A stretch of 61,137 nucleotides of DNA from Vicinamibacteria bacterium (GTDB lineage Bacteria; Acidobacteriota; Vicinamibacteria; Fen-336; JAGNNV01). Numbering within the stretch: position 1 is the first letter of the stretch; every line of letters begins with the position of its first letter. Under the pieces are notes generated by a model, which saw only the letters and a list, made by a program, of their open reading frames with translations, had not been told where the DNA came from and ran no database searches. The position numbers and the translations under genes are program-made. Shown here one piece after another: positions 46,519 through 54,831 of this stretch. Location: positions 1 to 61,137 of the forward strand of contig JANMVV010000333.1 in the NCBI GenBank assembly GCA_031392925.1. The letters run 5' to 3'.

Positions 46519-46592
46519 ATCGAAGGTGCGGGATTGTCTTGAATCGGGCCCGAAGGAGTACCACGAGCGGACGATCGGCGTCCCACAAACGG

Positions 46593-47270
46593 TCAGGGAG
46601 TCGGCCAAAGCGAGGGTAACTCAAAGACCCCGGCCAGAAGGTGGGTGTGCGGCGCCTTCTCCAGCCGGCTGCGATCATGCGCGCCCGAGAGCACGCCCAC
46701 GTTGAAGCGCACGTGGGCCCGGTGACCGGCCTCGAGATCCAGTGTCGTGTCGCCAACATTCGCCACGCGACCCGGGTCGCGGACTCCGGTCAACTCCATG
46801 GCGCGCAGGATGAGGTCCGGAGCGGGGCGGCCCCGCGGCACGTCGTCGCCGCACACGACCGCGTCCGCGACCTTCGACCAGCGTAACGCCGCGAGAAGGA
46901 GGTCGGTGATCACGCGGTCGAAACCCGTGTTGAGCGCGATCCGCACATCAAGGGCTCGCAGCCAGGCGAACGTGGCCTCCGCGCCGTTCACCGATGACAC
47001 CCCCCCGTCGCCATACAATCGGCTCAGGCTTCTCTGGAAAGCCGCGTGGGCGTCTTCGACGCGCCGCGCGTGGTCGGGCCCGGGAGAAATGAGGTGCCCG
47101 ATCGCCTCCTTCTTCGACGCGCCGCGCACCCCCGCGATCTGATCGGGCGTCACCTGGATTCCGGCCTCACCCAGCGCGGTCGTGAACGCGGCGGGAACCT
47201 GCCCATCGTCGCGCACCGTGGTTCCGGCGAGGTCGAAGACCACCAGCAGCGGAAGATCCTTCCGAGTCAT
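46593..47270 (-). CDS. HAD phosphonatase-like hydrolase (PhnX-like)
   Basis: VVFDLAGTT, RGASK, LNTGF, GRPAP, VGDT..D, GVLSGAH. Confidence 0.88.
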   Translation of the reverse strand: MTRKDLPLLVVFDLAGTTVRDDGQVPAAFTTALGEAGIQVTPDQIAGVRGASKKEAIGHLISPGPDHARRVEDAHAAFQRSLSRLYGDGGVSSVNGAEATFAWLRALDVRIALNTGFDRVITDLLLAALRWSKVADAVVCGDDVPRGRPAPDLILRAMELTGVRDPGRVANVGDTTLDLEAGHRAHVRFNVGVLSGAHDRSRLEKAPHTHLLAGVFELPSLWPTP

Positions 47271-47295
47271 CGGCGCAACCGGGCACCGGTGATGA

Positions 47296-49050
47296 ATGGA
47301 GGAGGCATGCCTCCGGGAGACTACACGCACGAGCCGGGCGCGGCGCACTAGACTCCGCCGCAGAGTGGCGGAAGCACGACTCGTTCGCTTGTGGATCCTG
47401 GCCGGTCTCGTCCTGGTCGCGGGCGTCGTCGCCTTCCGCGTCGCCGCGACGTACGCGGAGCAGGAGATCGCGCGGCGGATCCAGCGAGTCGCCGCGGCGG
47501 CGGGTGTCCGCATTCAATACGAGAGCCTTCACGTCGGGCTCCTCCCTCCATTTCTCCTCACCGGCATCACCGTCGAGAAACCGGGGAACCTCGTCGCGCG
47601 CATCGACTTGGTCTCGGCAAGCCCGCGCTTCCACGGGCCGCGCGGCTTCGGCCTGCTCGGCGCGGTCACCATCGGCAACCTTCGCGTGTCCCTCCCGGCG
47701 GACATCGACGCCTCCATTCACCCCACGACCTGGGAGGTCGACCCCGGCCTCTCGATCACCCTGAGGGCTCCGGTCGAGGGCCTTTCTCTCACCACGGTCA
47801 CCGGCGCCCGCGGCCGGGCCTTCGATGTTGCCGCGACGCGCCTGAACCTGGATGCCCTCGGGGCCTTCGCGGTCGAGGGCGACGCGTCGAAGGAACTTGG
47901 CCTGCTGGACGGCGGCGCGCACGTCGAGGGAGACCCGCGCCGGGATTTCCAGGGCACGTGGCGCTTCTCCGCCTTCGGCGGAAACAGCGGGGGCAGCCTC
48001 ATCGTCATTCCGGGCCAGCCCGACGCGAAGGTCCAGTTTCAGGCCTCGATGAAGGGCCTCGACTTCGCGCTCATCCTTCGTTCCCTTGGCGTCGACGCCG
48101 CGCAGGCCCCGAACGCGCTCGGGTCGCTCTCCGGCACGATCAGCGTCGGTGGCCTGCTCCACGATCCGGCATCGCTCGAAGTCATTCAAAGGGTCGACTT
48201 CAAGCGGCCGGAGAAAACGCCGCCCGAGGTACTCCGGTTGCGCGGCGATTTCGTGCACGAGGTCACGACGAACACGGGGGCGAAGATGGCCATCGCGGTA
48301 ACCCCCGAATCTCCGGACTTCATCGCGATGGCGGACGTGCCTCTGCTTCTCGTGCGGGCCCTGCTCATCGCGGAGGACGCGGCCTTCTATGGACACCCGG
48401 GCATCGACCTGACCGAACTGCCGAAGGCGATCGCCGCCAACATGGCGCGGGGCGGCGCGGTCCGGGGCGCTTCGACCATCACCCAGCAACTCGCGAAGAA
48501 CCTCTTTCTGAGCCGCGAGAAGAGCCTGCAACGCAAGCTGCGTGAACTCTCGTACTCGTTCCTCCTCGAGTCGACCCTCGGCAAGCAGCGCATCCTCGAG
48601 ATCTATTTGAACGTGATCGAATGGGGCCCCGGACTCTACGGCGTGCGTCCCGCGGCCCGCCACTACTTCGAGAAGGAGCCGCGGGCCCTGTCGCCCCGCG
48701 AGATCGCGTTCCTCGTCTCCCTGATTCCCGGACCGGTCAAGTATCAGGCATCGATTCAGGGCGGAGAGGTGAGCCGGGGCTTCGATACCATGGTCGACAA
48801 TCTGCTGGTGAAGCTGCTCTCCGTCGACGCCATCTCCGAGGAGGAGTACGAGGCGGCGCTTTCGCAGACCCTCGTCTTCCGCGGTCAGCCGCCGCCGACC
48901 GACGGCACCTGGGGGGGACCGCAGGATTCAGTGACCGCCGTGCATCACCCGGACCTTGTGGGCGAGCCACTTCCCGCCACCGTTCGCGGCGGCGCCGAGG
49001 ACGAGCACGCCAATGACGATCAGAACGAGGGTTGCTTTTCGGGACATTGA
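47296..49050 (+). CDS. Monofunctional peptidoglycan transglycosylase (GT51) with long beta-rich N-terminal region
   Basis: EDAAFYGHPGID, GASTITQQLAKNL, RKLRE, KQRILEIYLN. No transpeptidase domain. The start may be GTG 47365 and the C-terminal tail is doubtful. Confidence 0.85.
   Translation: MEEACLRETTRTSRARRTRLRRRVAEARLVRLWILAGLVLVAGVVAFRVAATYAEQEIARRIQRVAAAAGVRIQYESLHVGLLPPFLLTGITVEKPGNLVARIDLVSASPRFHGPRGFGLLGAVTIGNLRVSLPADIDASIHPTTWEVDPGLSITLRAPVEGLSLTTVTGARGRAFDVAATRLNLDALGAFAVEGDASKELGLLDGGAHVEGDPRRDFQGTWRFSAFGGNSGGSLIVIPGQPDAKVQFQASMKGLDFALILRSLGVDAAQAPNALGSLSGTISVGGLLHDPASLEVIQRVDFKRPEKTPPEVLRLRGDFVHEVTTNTGAKMAIAVTPESPDFIAMADVPLLLVRALLIAEDAAFYGHPGIDLTELPKAIAANMARGGAVRGASTITQQLAKNLFLSREKSLQRKLRELSYSFLLESTLGKQRILEIYLNVIEWGPGLYGVRPAARHYFEKEPRALSPREIAFLVSLIPGPVKYQASIQGGEVSRGFDTMVDNLLVKLLSVDAISEEEYEAALSQTLVFRGQPPPTDGTWGGPQDSVTAVHHPDLVGEPLPATVRGGAEDEHANDDQNEGCFSGH
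48928..49047 (-). CDS. 39-aa single-pass membrane peptide ending MHGGH
   Basis: MSRKATLVLIVIGVLVLGAAANGGGKWLAHKVRVMHGGH. GGAG RBS 7 nt upstream. Starts 35 nt after the permease stop on the same strand. Confidence 0.6.
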   Translation of the reverse strand: MSRKATLVLIVIGVLVLGAAANGGGKWLAHKVRVMHGGH

Positions 49051-49082
49051 GAATCTCCAGGGAATTGACAAAAGAGGTCGCA

Positions 49083-51533
49083 TTATTCGAAGCCCAGGGC
49101 CTCGCGAACGGAAGAACGTGAGGCATGCCATGCAGGCAGGAAACTCGCGAGGGCGCTCAGGACGAGCGAGGCCACGAAGCAGATCAGCAGACCGTTCGGA
49201 TCGAAGACGAAGCTCAGGTCGGTCTGGAACAAGGCGCTCCCGAGAAAGTCCCCAAGACCGCGGCTCAAGGGGCCGGCGAGGATCGAAGCCACGATGAAAC
49301 TCATCAGCCCGATGGCCACGGCCTCGGCCACCACGATGAGCCACACGATTCGGGTCGAGGCTCCGATGGCTCGCAGGATCCCCATCTCTCGGCGGCGCTC
49401 CAGAACGTTCAGGCTCATCGTGGTCATGAGCCCGAGCCCGCCGACGCCTCCAATGATCACCGACATCACGACCAGGAAGATGTAGATCATCAGCATGTGC
49501 TGGTCGAAGCCGAAACGGCTGTCGGCCTTGCTGGTGGTCGATAGGGCCCGGATTCCCTCGGCCTCCAGGTTGCGGTCGAGGGCCTCCCTGAAGCGATCGA
49601 TCGAGGCCGCATCCGACCGTTCCAGAGCGACGCGAACGGTGTTGGCCATCCCGATGTGACCTCCGGCGCGCTCGAAGTACGTCCGCCAGACGTAGCCGGT
49701 GGGCGGGGCGAACGCCTCATGGGAGACACCGACCACGCGCCAGGACGACTCGGCGGGGCCCAAGCGCAGCGGGATGGTCTGCCCCACCTTCACTTCGGGA
49801 TGGCGGGCCAGGAAAGCGCTGTTGATCACGATGCCGTCTTCGTCTTCGCGCCGGAGCTCGTGGCCCTGATCGATCTCGAGCTTTAAGAGCTCGGTGCCGG
49901 GCGACAAACCAAGGATCGCGAAGCGCACCCCGGGGGCCGGCGCCTCGCCTTCATGTCCGCCGCCACCGCCGCTTTCGTGAAGTCCCGCCGGCGCAACCGC
50001 CTTCTCGGATCCCGCCGCCACGAGCGTCGCCTCGGTCGCGATCCAGCATTCTGATTTCAGGACGCCCGGCGTCGTCGCGATCGCCCGCTGAATCCGCTCC
50101 ACCGGGACCATGGTGCCGAGATTGATGGAGAGATCGAACTTCCTCGCCCGGAAGAGATGATCGAGCGTGTTGATCATCGAGGCACGCACGTTCAGGGCGG
50201 ACATGAAGAAAAGACCGCTGACGCTCAAGGTGAGCAGGGTGAGGGCGAGCCTGGTCCGCCGCCTGAAACTGTTTCGAACCGCGAGCAGCAATGGACGGGT
50301 CAGGCCAGAGACACCGGCGAGCGCCCGGTCCAGCGGGTCCGCGCCGAAACCGCGATCGGTAATGCCGAAATCCGCGAGAGCCGCCGAGACCGTGAGCGCA
50401 CTTCCCTTCGCGACCGGATACGCCGCAGCGAGCAGCGGCGTCACGAGGCCCACCAGAGCCACGAGCAAATAGACCCAGGCGGGAACCGCGAAGCTCGTCA
50501 CGTCGAAGTTGAGAAACCCCGCGAGGTATCGACACAGGGCGCGCGCGCCGAGCATTCCGAAGGGGAGCGCGATCGCCACCGCCGCCCCGCCGAGCAAGAG
50601 CGCCTGGCCCAGGTAGATCTGAGCGATCTGACGCCGCGTGCCGCCGATCGCTTTCATCATGCCGATCTGCCGGACCTGCGCGGCCATGAGCGCGGTGAGC
50701 AGGTTGACGACCAGAACGCCACTGAGGGCCAGAACCAGAAGACCGAAGCTCGAGATGGCGAGAAGAAGCATTCCCATCAGGTCGGCGTGAGGATGCTTCC
50801 CGGGCTCCGGGATGTCGACACGGCGGACCGGGTGTCCCTTCGCGGCGAGGAGCGTTTTCACTTCCTCGGTCACGGCGGTGATGCGCGCCCGATCGAACCG
50901 GTCTCCCGAGACGAGGATCTTCAACTGATCGAGGTATGGTTCTTCGCCGAGCAGGGCCAGCGTCTCGAGGGTGATGTAGCCGTAGACGATGTTTTCCATG
51001 CGCGCCTGCGCCTGACCCACATCGTGGACGCCGCCCACGACCCGAAGAGTCTGAAACTCCCCCCGCGGCATCTTGACCGTGACCGTCTCGCCGACGCGCG
51101 TCTTCGCGACCTGGAAGGCATCCCGCTCGATCAGAATCTCGCCCTTTCCTGGAGGCCACGCCCCCGTCTCGTGGGTGAGGGTGCTGACCCGGATGTCCGC
51201 GTAATCCTTCACCACGAACAGCAGCAGACTCCGCCACTGCGCGGGCCCCGCCTTGATGCGGCCGGAGACCACACGCCGCGCTTCGGCCGCGGCAACCCCC
51301 CGGTTCTGAGCCACCGCCTTCAGGAGTTCGTCGTCGATGGCATCCATCCGGAGCGTGGCCGAGGCGGGATTGGTGGCGAGATAGCCCTGGTTCAGCTCGC
51401 GATTCAGGATCGCGTAACTCGAAAGAACCGCGGAGAAGGCCGCGATACCGAGGGCAATCGCCGCGACCACGAGGATCGAGCGAGTCCGTTCCTGCCAGAA
51501 GTCGCGCAGAACCTTGTGAGCGGGAGTGGTCAT
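49083..51533 (-). CDS. ABC transporter permease, duplicated FtsX/MacB type
   Basis: Two FtsX repeats (QVRQIGMMKAIGG, ERRREMGILRAIGAS) and two large extracytoplasmic domains. ATGA overlap with the ATPase gene. Confidence 0.93.
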   Translation of the reverse strand: MTTPAHKVLRDFWQERTRSILVVAAIALGIAAFSAVLSSYAILNRELNQGYLATNPASATLRMDAIDDELLKAVAQNRGVAAAEARRVVSGRIKAGPAQWRSLLLFVVKDYADIRVSTLTHETGAWPPGKGEILIERDAFQVAKTRVGETVTVKMPRGEFQTLRVVGGVHDVGQAQARMENIVYGYITLETLALLGEEPYLDQLKILVSGDRFDRARITAVTEEVKTLLAAKGHPVRRVDIPEPGKHPHADLMGMLLLAISSFGLLVLALSGVLVVNLLTALMAAQVRQIGMMKAIGGTRRQIAQIYLGQALLLGGAAVAIALPFGMLGARALCRYLAGFLNFDVTSFAVPAWVYLLVALVGLVTPLLAAAYPVAKGSALTVSAALADFGITDRGFGADPLDRALAGVSGLTRPLLLAVRNSFRRRTRLALTLLTLSVSGLFFMSALNVRASMINTLDHLFRARKFDLSINLGTMVPVERIQRAIATTPGVLKSECWIATEATLVAAGSEKAVAPAGLHESGGGGGHEGEAPAPGVRFAILGLSPGTELLKLEIDQGHELRREDEDGIVINSAFLARHPEVKVGQTIPLRLGPAESSWRVVGVSHEAFAPPTGYVWRTYFERAGGHIGMANTVRVALERSDAASIDRFREALDRNLEAEGIRALSTTSKADSRFGFDQHMLMIYIFLVVMSVIIGGVGGLGLMTTMSLNVLERRREMGILRAIGASTRIVWLIVVAEAVAIGLMSFIVASILAGPLSRGLGDFLGSALFQTDLSFVFDPNGLLICFVASLVLSALASFLPAWHASRSSVREALGFE

Positions 51534-52198
51534 CGAATCAGCACGCCGTCCGCGATTGAAACGGTGCGGTCGACGACACTCGCGATATCGCGCTCGTGGG
51601 TGGCGATGACCACCGTGGTGCCCGCGTTTGCCATCTCGCGAAAGAGACTCAGAACATCCCGGGCGGTGGAAGAATCGAGATTGCCGGTGGGCTCGTCGGC
51701 CAGAATCACCGGCGGCTGGTTCGCGAGCGCTCGCGCGATGGCCACCCGCTGCTGCTGGCCGCCCGACAAGGCGGAGGGGAGCTTGTTCGCCTGATCGGCG
51801 ACGCCCACCCGGTCGAGGAGGCCCATCGCGCGCTTTCGCCTTTCTCGGGGAGGGAATGCGCCGGAGAAGTCCATGGGCAGCATCACGTTCTCGGCCACGG
51901 TAAGCGTAGGCAGGAGCTGAAAGAACTGGAACACCAGACCCACATGCCGGCCGCGCCACCGGGAAAGCTCGTTTTCGGTCATGCCTTGAATGGGCGCCCC
52001 GCCGATGCTCACCGAGCCGGAGGTCGGGCGATCGATCCCGCCCACCATGTTCAGCAAGGTCGATTTGCCGCTTCCCGATTTTCCGACGATGGCCACGAAC
52101 TCGCCGGCCTCGATGGTGAGGTCGACACCGCGCAGAGCCGAGAAGACGCCCGCGGGAGTGTCGTAGGTCTTGTTCAGCCCCTGGAGTTCGATCAGCAT
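51530..52198 (-). CDS. ABC transporter ATP-binding protein (LolD/MacB family)
   Basis: GKSGSGKS, LSGGQQQR, ADEPTGNLD, ATH. Confidence 0.96.
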   Translation of the reverse strand: MLIELQGLNKTYDTPAGVFSALRGVDLTIEAGEFVAIVGKSGSGKSTLLNMVGGIDRPTSGSVSIGGAPIQGMTENELSRWRGRHVGLVFQFFQLLPTLTVAENVMLPMDFSGAFPPRERRKRAMGLLDRVGVADQANKLPSALSGGQQQRVAIARALANQPPVILADEPTGNLDSSTARDVLSLFREMANAGTTVVIATHERDIASVVDRTVSIADGVLIR

Positions 52199-52204
52199 GA
52201 CCAC

Positions 52205-52278
52205 ATCCTAGCGAGGTCGTTCTGAACCTTGGTTGAACGGACCGTTCAGCGGGCATTCAGGTCCAGGCGGGCTATAAC
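52205..52278. promoter_or_regulatory. Divergent promoters with mirror-image tandem OmpR-type boxes
   Basis: CTGAAC (52222), TTGAAC (52233), GTTCAG (52244), ATTCAG (52255), each 11 bp apart. -10 boxes TAGGAT (minus, 52210-52205) and TATAAC (plus, 52273-52278). Confidence 0.7.
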
Positions 52279-52299
52279 CGCTGGTGGAGACCCCCATCC

Positions 52300-52962
52300 T
52301 TGCGAATCCTGGTTGTCGAAGACGAAGCGTTGCTGTCGCGGCAACTGGCGGCCGCGCTCGGCCACGCGGGCTACGCGGTCGACTGCGCCGACGACGGGGA
52401 GAAGGCCGACTTCATGGGCCAGACCGAGGGCTATGACGCGGTGGTTCTCGACCTCGGTCTGCCGAAGATCGATGGCCTGACCCTGCTGCGGCGATGGCGC
52501 GAGCAGGGTCTTTCGGTACCCGTGGTGGTCCTCACCGCGCGAGGCGCCTGGCATGAGAAGGTCCAGGGCATCGACGGCGGCGCGGACGACTACGTCTCCA
52601 AGCCGTTTCGGATGGAGGAACTCTTGGCCCGACTGCGCGCCCTCATCCGCCGCTCCGGTGGCCAGGCCACCCCCGAGCTGCGGTGCGGCTCGATCGCACT
52701 CGACCCGAGGAGCGCAAGAGTGACCAGGGATGGCGTGGCGGTGAAACTGACCGGCCACGAATTCAGGGTCCTCTCGTACCTCATGCACCAGCAGGGGCGG
52801 GTGGTGTCTCAAGGCGAACTCACCGAGCACATCTACGCGCAGAACTTCGATCGGGACTCCAACACCGTCGAGGTCTTCGTAGCGCGCCTGCGCCGAAAGC
52901 TCGGCTCTTCCTGCATCGAGACCGTGCGCGGACTGGGCTATCGAATGGAGCCGCCCTCGTGA
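52300..52962 (+). CDS. OmpR/PhoP-family response regulator
   Basis: ILVVED, LDLGLP, LTAR, GADDY.SKPF, SNTVEVFVARLRRKL, TVRGLGY. TTG start with GGAG RBS. Confidence 0.96.
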   Translation: MRILVVEDEALLSRQLAAALGHAGYAVDCADDGEKADFMGQTEGYDAVVLDLGLPKIDGLTLLRRWREQGLSVPVVVLTARGAWHEKVQGIDGGADDYVSKPFRMEELLARLRALIRRSGGQATPELRCGSIALDPRSARVTRDGVAVKLTGHEFRVLSYLMHQQGRVVSQGELTEHIYAQNFDRDSNTVEVFVARLRRKLGSSCIETVRGLGYRMEPPS

Positions 52963-53957
52963 AGCCCGCGAGCCCCCTGCGTTCGCGGCTGGTGGTGGGA
53001 TCCGTGTTGTGGGCCATCGGACTGATCGCGACGTCGAATGTCGTCGTCCTTGGACTGGTCCTGCATCGATACCCGGGCTGGACCGTGCATTTCGGCGCCA
53101 TGAGCGTCGCCGGTTTCGGCCTGCTCGTGGCCGGGCTGGTGCAGTTGCGGAGCATCCTTGCCCCGTTTCGCCAGTTGCAGTCGCGTCTGACCGCGGTCCG
53201 TGACGGCCGGGCGCAAAGGCTCGACGGCGCCTATCCGGCGGAGGTCGAGCCCCTCGTCAACGATCTCAACGCGCTCCTGGACCATCGAGCGCAACTGGTC
53301 GAGCGCGCGATCTCCAAGGCCGGTGATCTTGCCCACGGTCTCAAGACGCCTCTGGCGGTTCTGGGTCAGGAGGCCGAGCGGCTGACCTTGGCCGGCCACT
53401 ACGAGCCCGCCGCGATCATCGGCGGCCAGGTGGAGCGCATGCGCCGCCAGATCGACTATCACCTCGCCCACGCGAGGGCGGCCGGTTCGGGAGCGACGCT
53501 CGGCGCCCGCAGCGCGGTGATGCCCTCGACGGAAGGCCTCGTGCGCACGCTCGCGCGGCTTTACGTGGAGAAGGGGATCTCGATTCAGCAGAAGGTTCCG
53601 GCGGAGCATTGGGTCAAGGTCCAGAGGGAGGATCTTGAAGAAATGCTGGGCAATCTTCTCGACAACGCCTGCAAGTGGGCGAAGTCGCGGGTCTCGGTCG
53701 AGTCGTCCGAGCTGGAAGGAAGGATCGCGATCGTGGTCGACGACGACGGCCCGGGTCTTCCCGCGGAGTTGCGCGAGAAGGTCCTGCAGCGCGGCGTCCG
53801 CGCGGATGAGGCGGCGCCGGGCTCCGGTTTCGGCCTCGCGATCGTAAGGGACCTGGCGGAACTTCATCAGGGATCCATTTCGCTCGAGGCCTCTCCTCTT
53901 GGCGGGGTCCGGGCGCGGCTCACTCTCCCCTCATGCGGAGCACCCTCGACCTCCTGA
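52959..53957 (+). CDS. Sensor histidine kinase without a periplasmic sensor domain
   Basis: Two TMs joined by about 10 aa, HAMP, DLAHGLKTPL, GNLLDNACKW, DDDGPG, GSGFGL. GTGA overlap with the regulator. Confidence 0.93.
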   Translation: MKPASPLRSRLVVGSVLWAIGLIATSNVVVLGLVLHRYPGWTVHFGAMSVAGFGLLVAGLVQLRSILAPFRQLQSRLTAVRDGRAQRLDGAYPAEVEPLVNDLNALLDHRAQLVERAISKAGDLAHGLKTPLAVLGQEAERLTLAGHYEPAAIIGGQVERMRRQIDYHLAHARAAGSGATLGARSAVMPSTEGLVRTLARLYVEKGISIQQKVPAEHWVKVQREDLEEMLGNLLDNACKWAKSRVSVESSELEGRIAIVVDDDGPGLPAELREKVLQRGVRADEAAPGSGFGLAIVRDLAELHQGSISLEASPLGGVRARLTLPSCGAPSTS

Positions 53958-53993
53958 GGATTTCGGTCCGGCAGCAGGCCCGGCGGGAGCCGC

Positions 53994-54821
53994 ATGAGAA
54001 CATCCCCGCCGATCATGTCGGCCCTTCTCACCCTACTGCTCGCGGGCGCCGGCGTCGTCGCCCCGCCGCGGGCGCTCAGTCAGGAGGAGATCCTGGACGC
54101 GATGAACGCGAGCCAGGGCTATAACGTGACGGCCACGGCGAACGGGCCGCGTTTCCAGGCCGAGGTTCTCATGCGTCTCGCGCGCCAGGCACGGGCCGAG
54201 AATCCCGACGGCCCTGAACTCCTCATCGGCCACGCCGAGTGGTTCTTCGCCTTCCTTGCGCGAACCGGCCTTGCGAAGGAATCGGCCCCGGCCTTCGTCC
54301 GACTTTCCTACGAGCATGGCCAGGATGTGCAGATCGACTACCGGATCGATCGCGTGGTCGAGAACACGGGTCCTGATCGACCCGAATTCGCGGCCTCGGT
54401 GCGGATGTGGTGGCCCGACCGGGCGGGCGCACCGAGCTCGTTCTCGTACGCCGACCTCGTCTCGACGCCGCAGCTCAAGGTCACCAATCTGCGGGTGATC
54501 GTCTACCGGCTCGTGGAAGTCGGAGGGATGGTGGTCTACGGACAGATCGAGGGCCTCCGGGGCCGACCGACATCCGGACTCCTCGGCGCCCTCTTCCAAC
54601 TCATCGGCGAGGGCGACCTGAAGGAGAGCCGAATGCTGCTCTCACACGACGGATTGCAGATATCGAGGACCCGGGCCGAAAAGTGGGCTCTGGGGGTGAC
54701 CCAGACCGTGACCATCTACCCCGACGGGCACGCCGATAAGGACGTCCCGAAGGACCGTCCCGATCTGGCCGCTCTCGCGGCCCGGCTCGAGGAACCGCTT
54801 CGGATCCGCTACCGCCCCTGA
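53994..54821 (+). CDS. Secreted hypothetical protein
   Basis: Signal peptide, GGAG RBS, normal codon usage. No family recognised. Confidence 0.7.
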   Translation: MRTSPPIMSALLTLLLAGAGVVAPPRALSQEEILDAMNASQGYNVTATANGPRFQAEVLMRLARQARAENPDGPELLIGHAEWFFAFLARTGLAKESAPAFVRLSYEHGQDVQIDYRIDRVVENTGPDRPEFAASVRMWWPDRAGAPSSFSYADLVSTPQLKVTNLRVIVYRLVEVGGMVVYGQIEGLRGRPTSGLLGALFQLIGEGDLKESRMLLSHDGLQISRTRAEKWALGVTQTVTIYPDGHADKDVPKDRPDLAALAARLEEPLRIRYRP

Positions 54822-54831
54822 GCCCCGATCT

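Noticed and set aside
46593-47270. Phosphonate utilisation operon
   Set aside because: A lone PhnX-like HAD hydrolase with no phnW, oxidase or transporter genes.
49083-52256. 1057-aa version of the ABC permease, suggesting a MacB-like fusion
   Set aside because: The extension is an off-frame read through the ATPase gene. The real start is ATG 51533, overlapping the ATPase stop.
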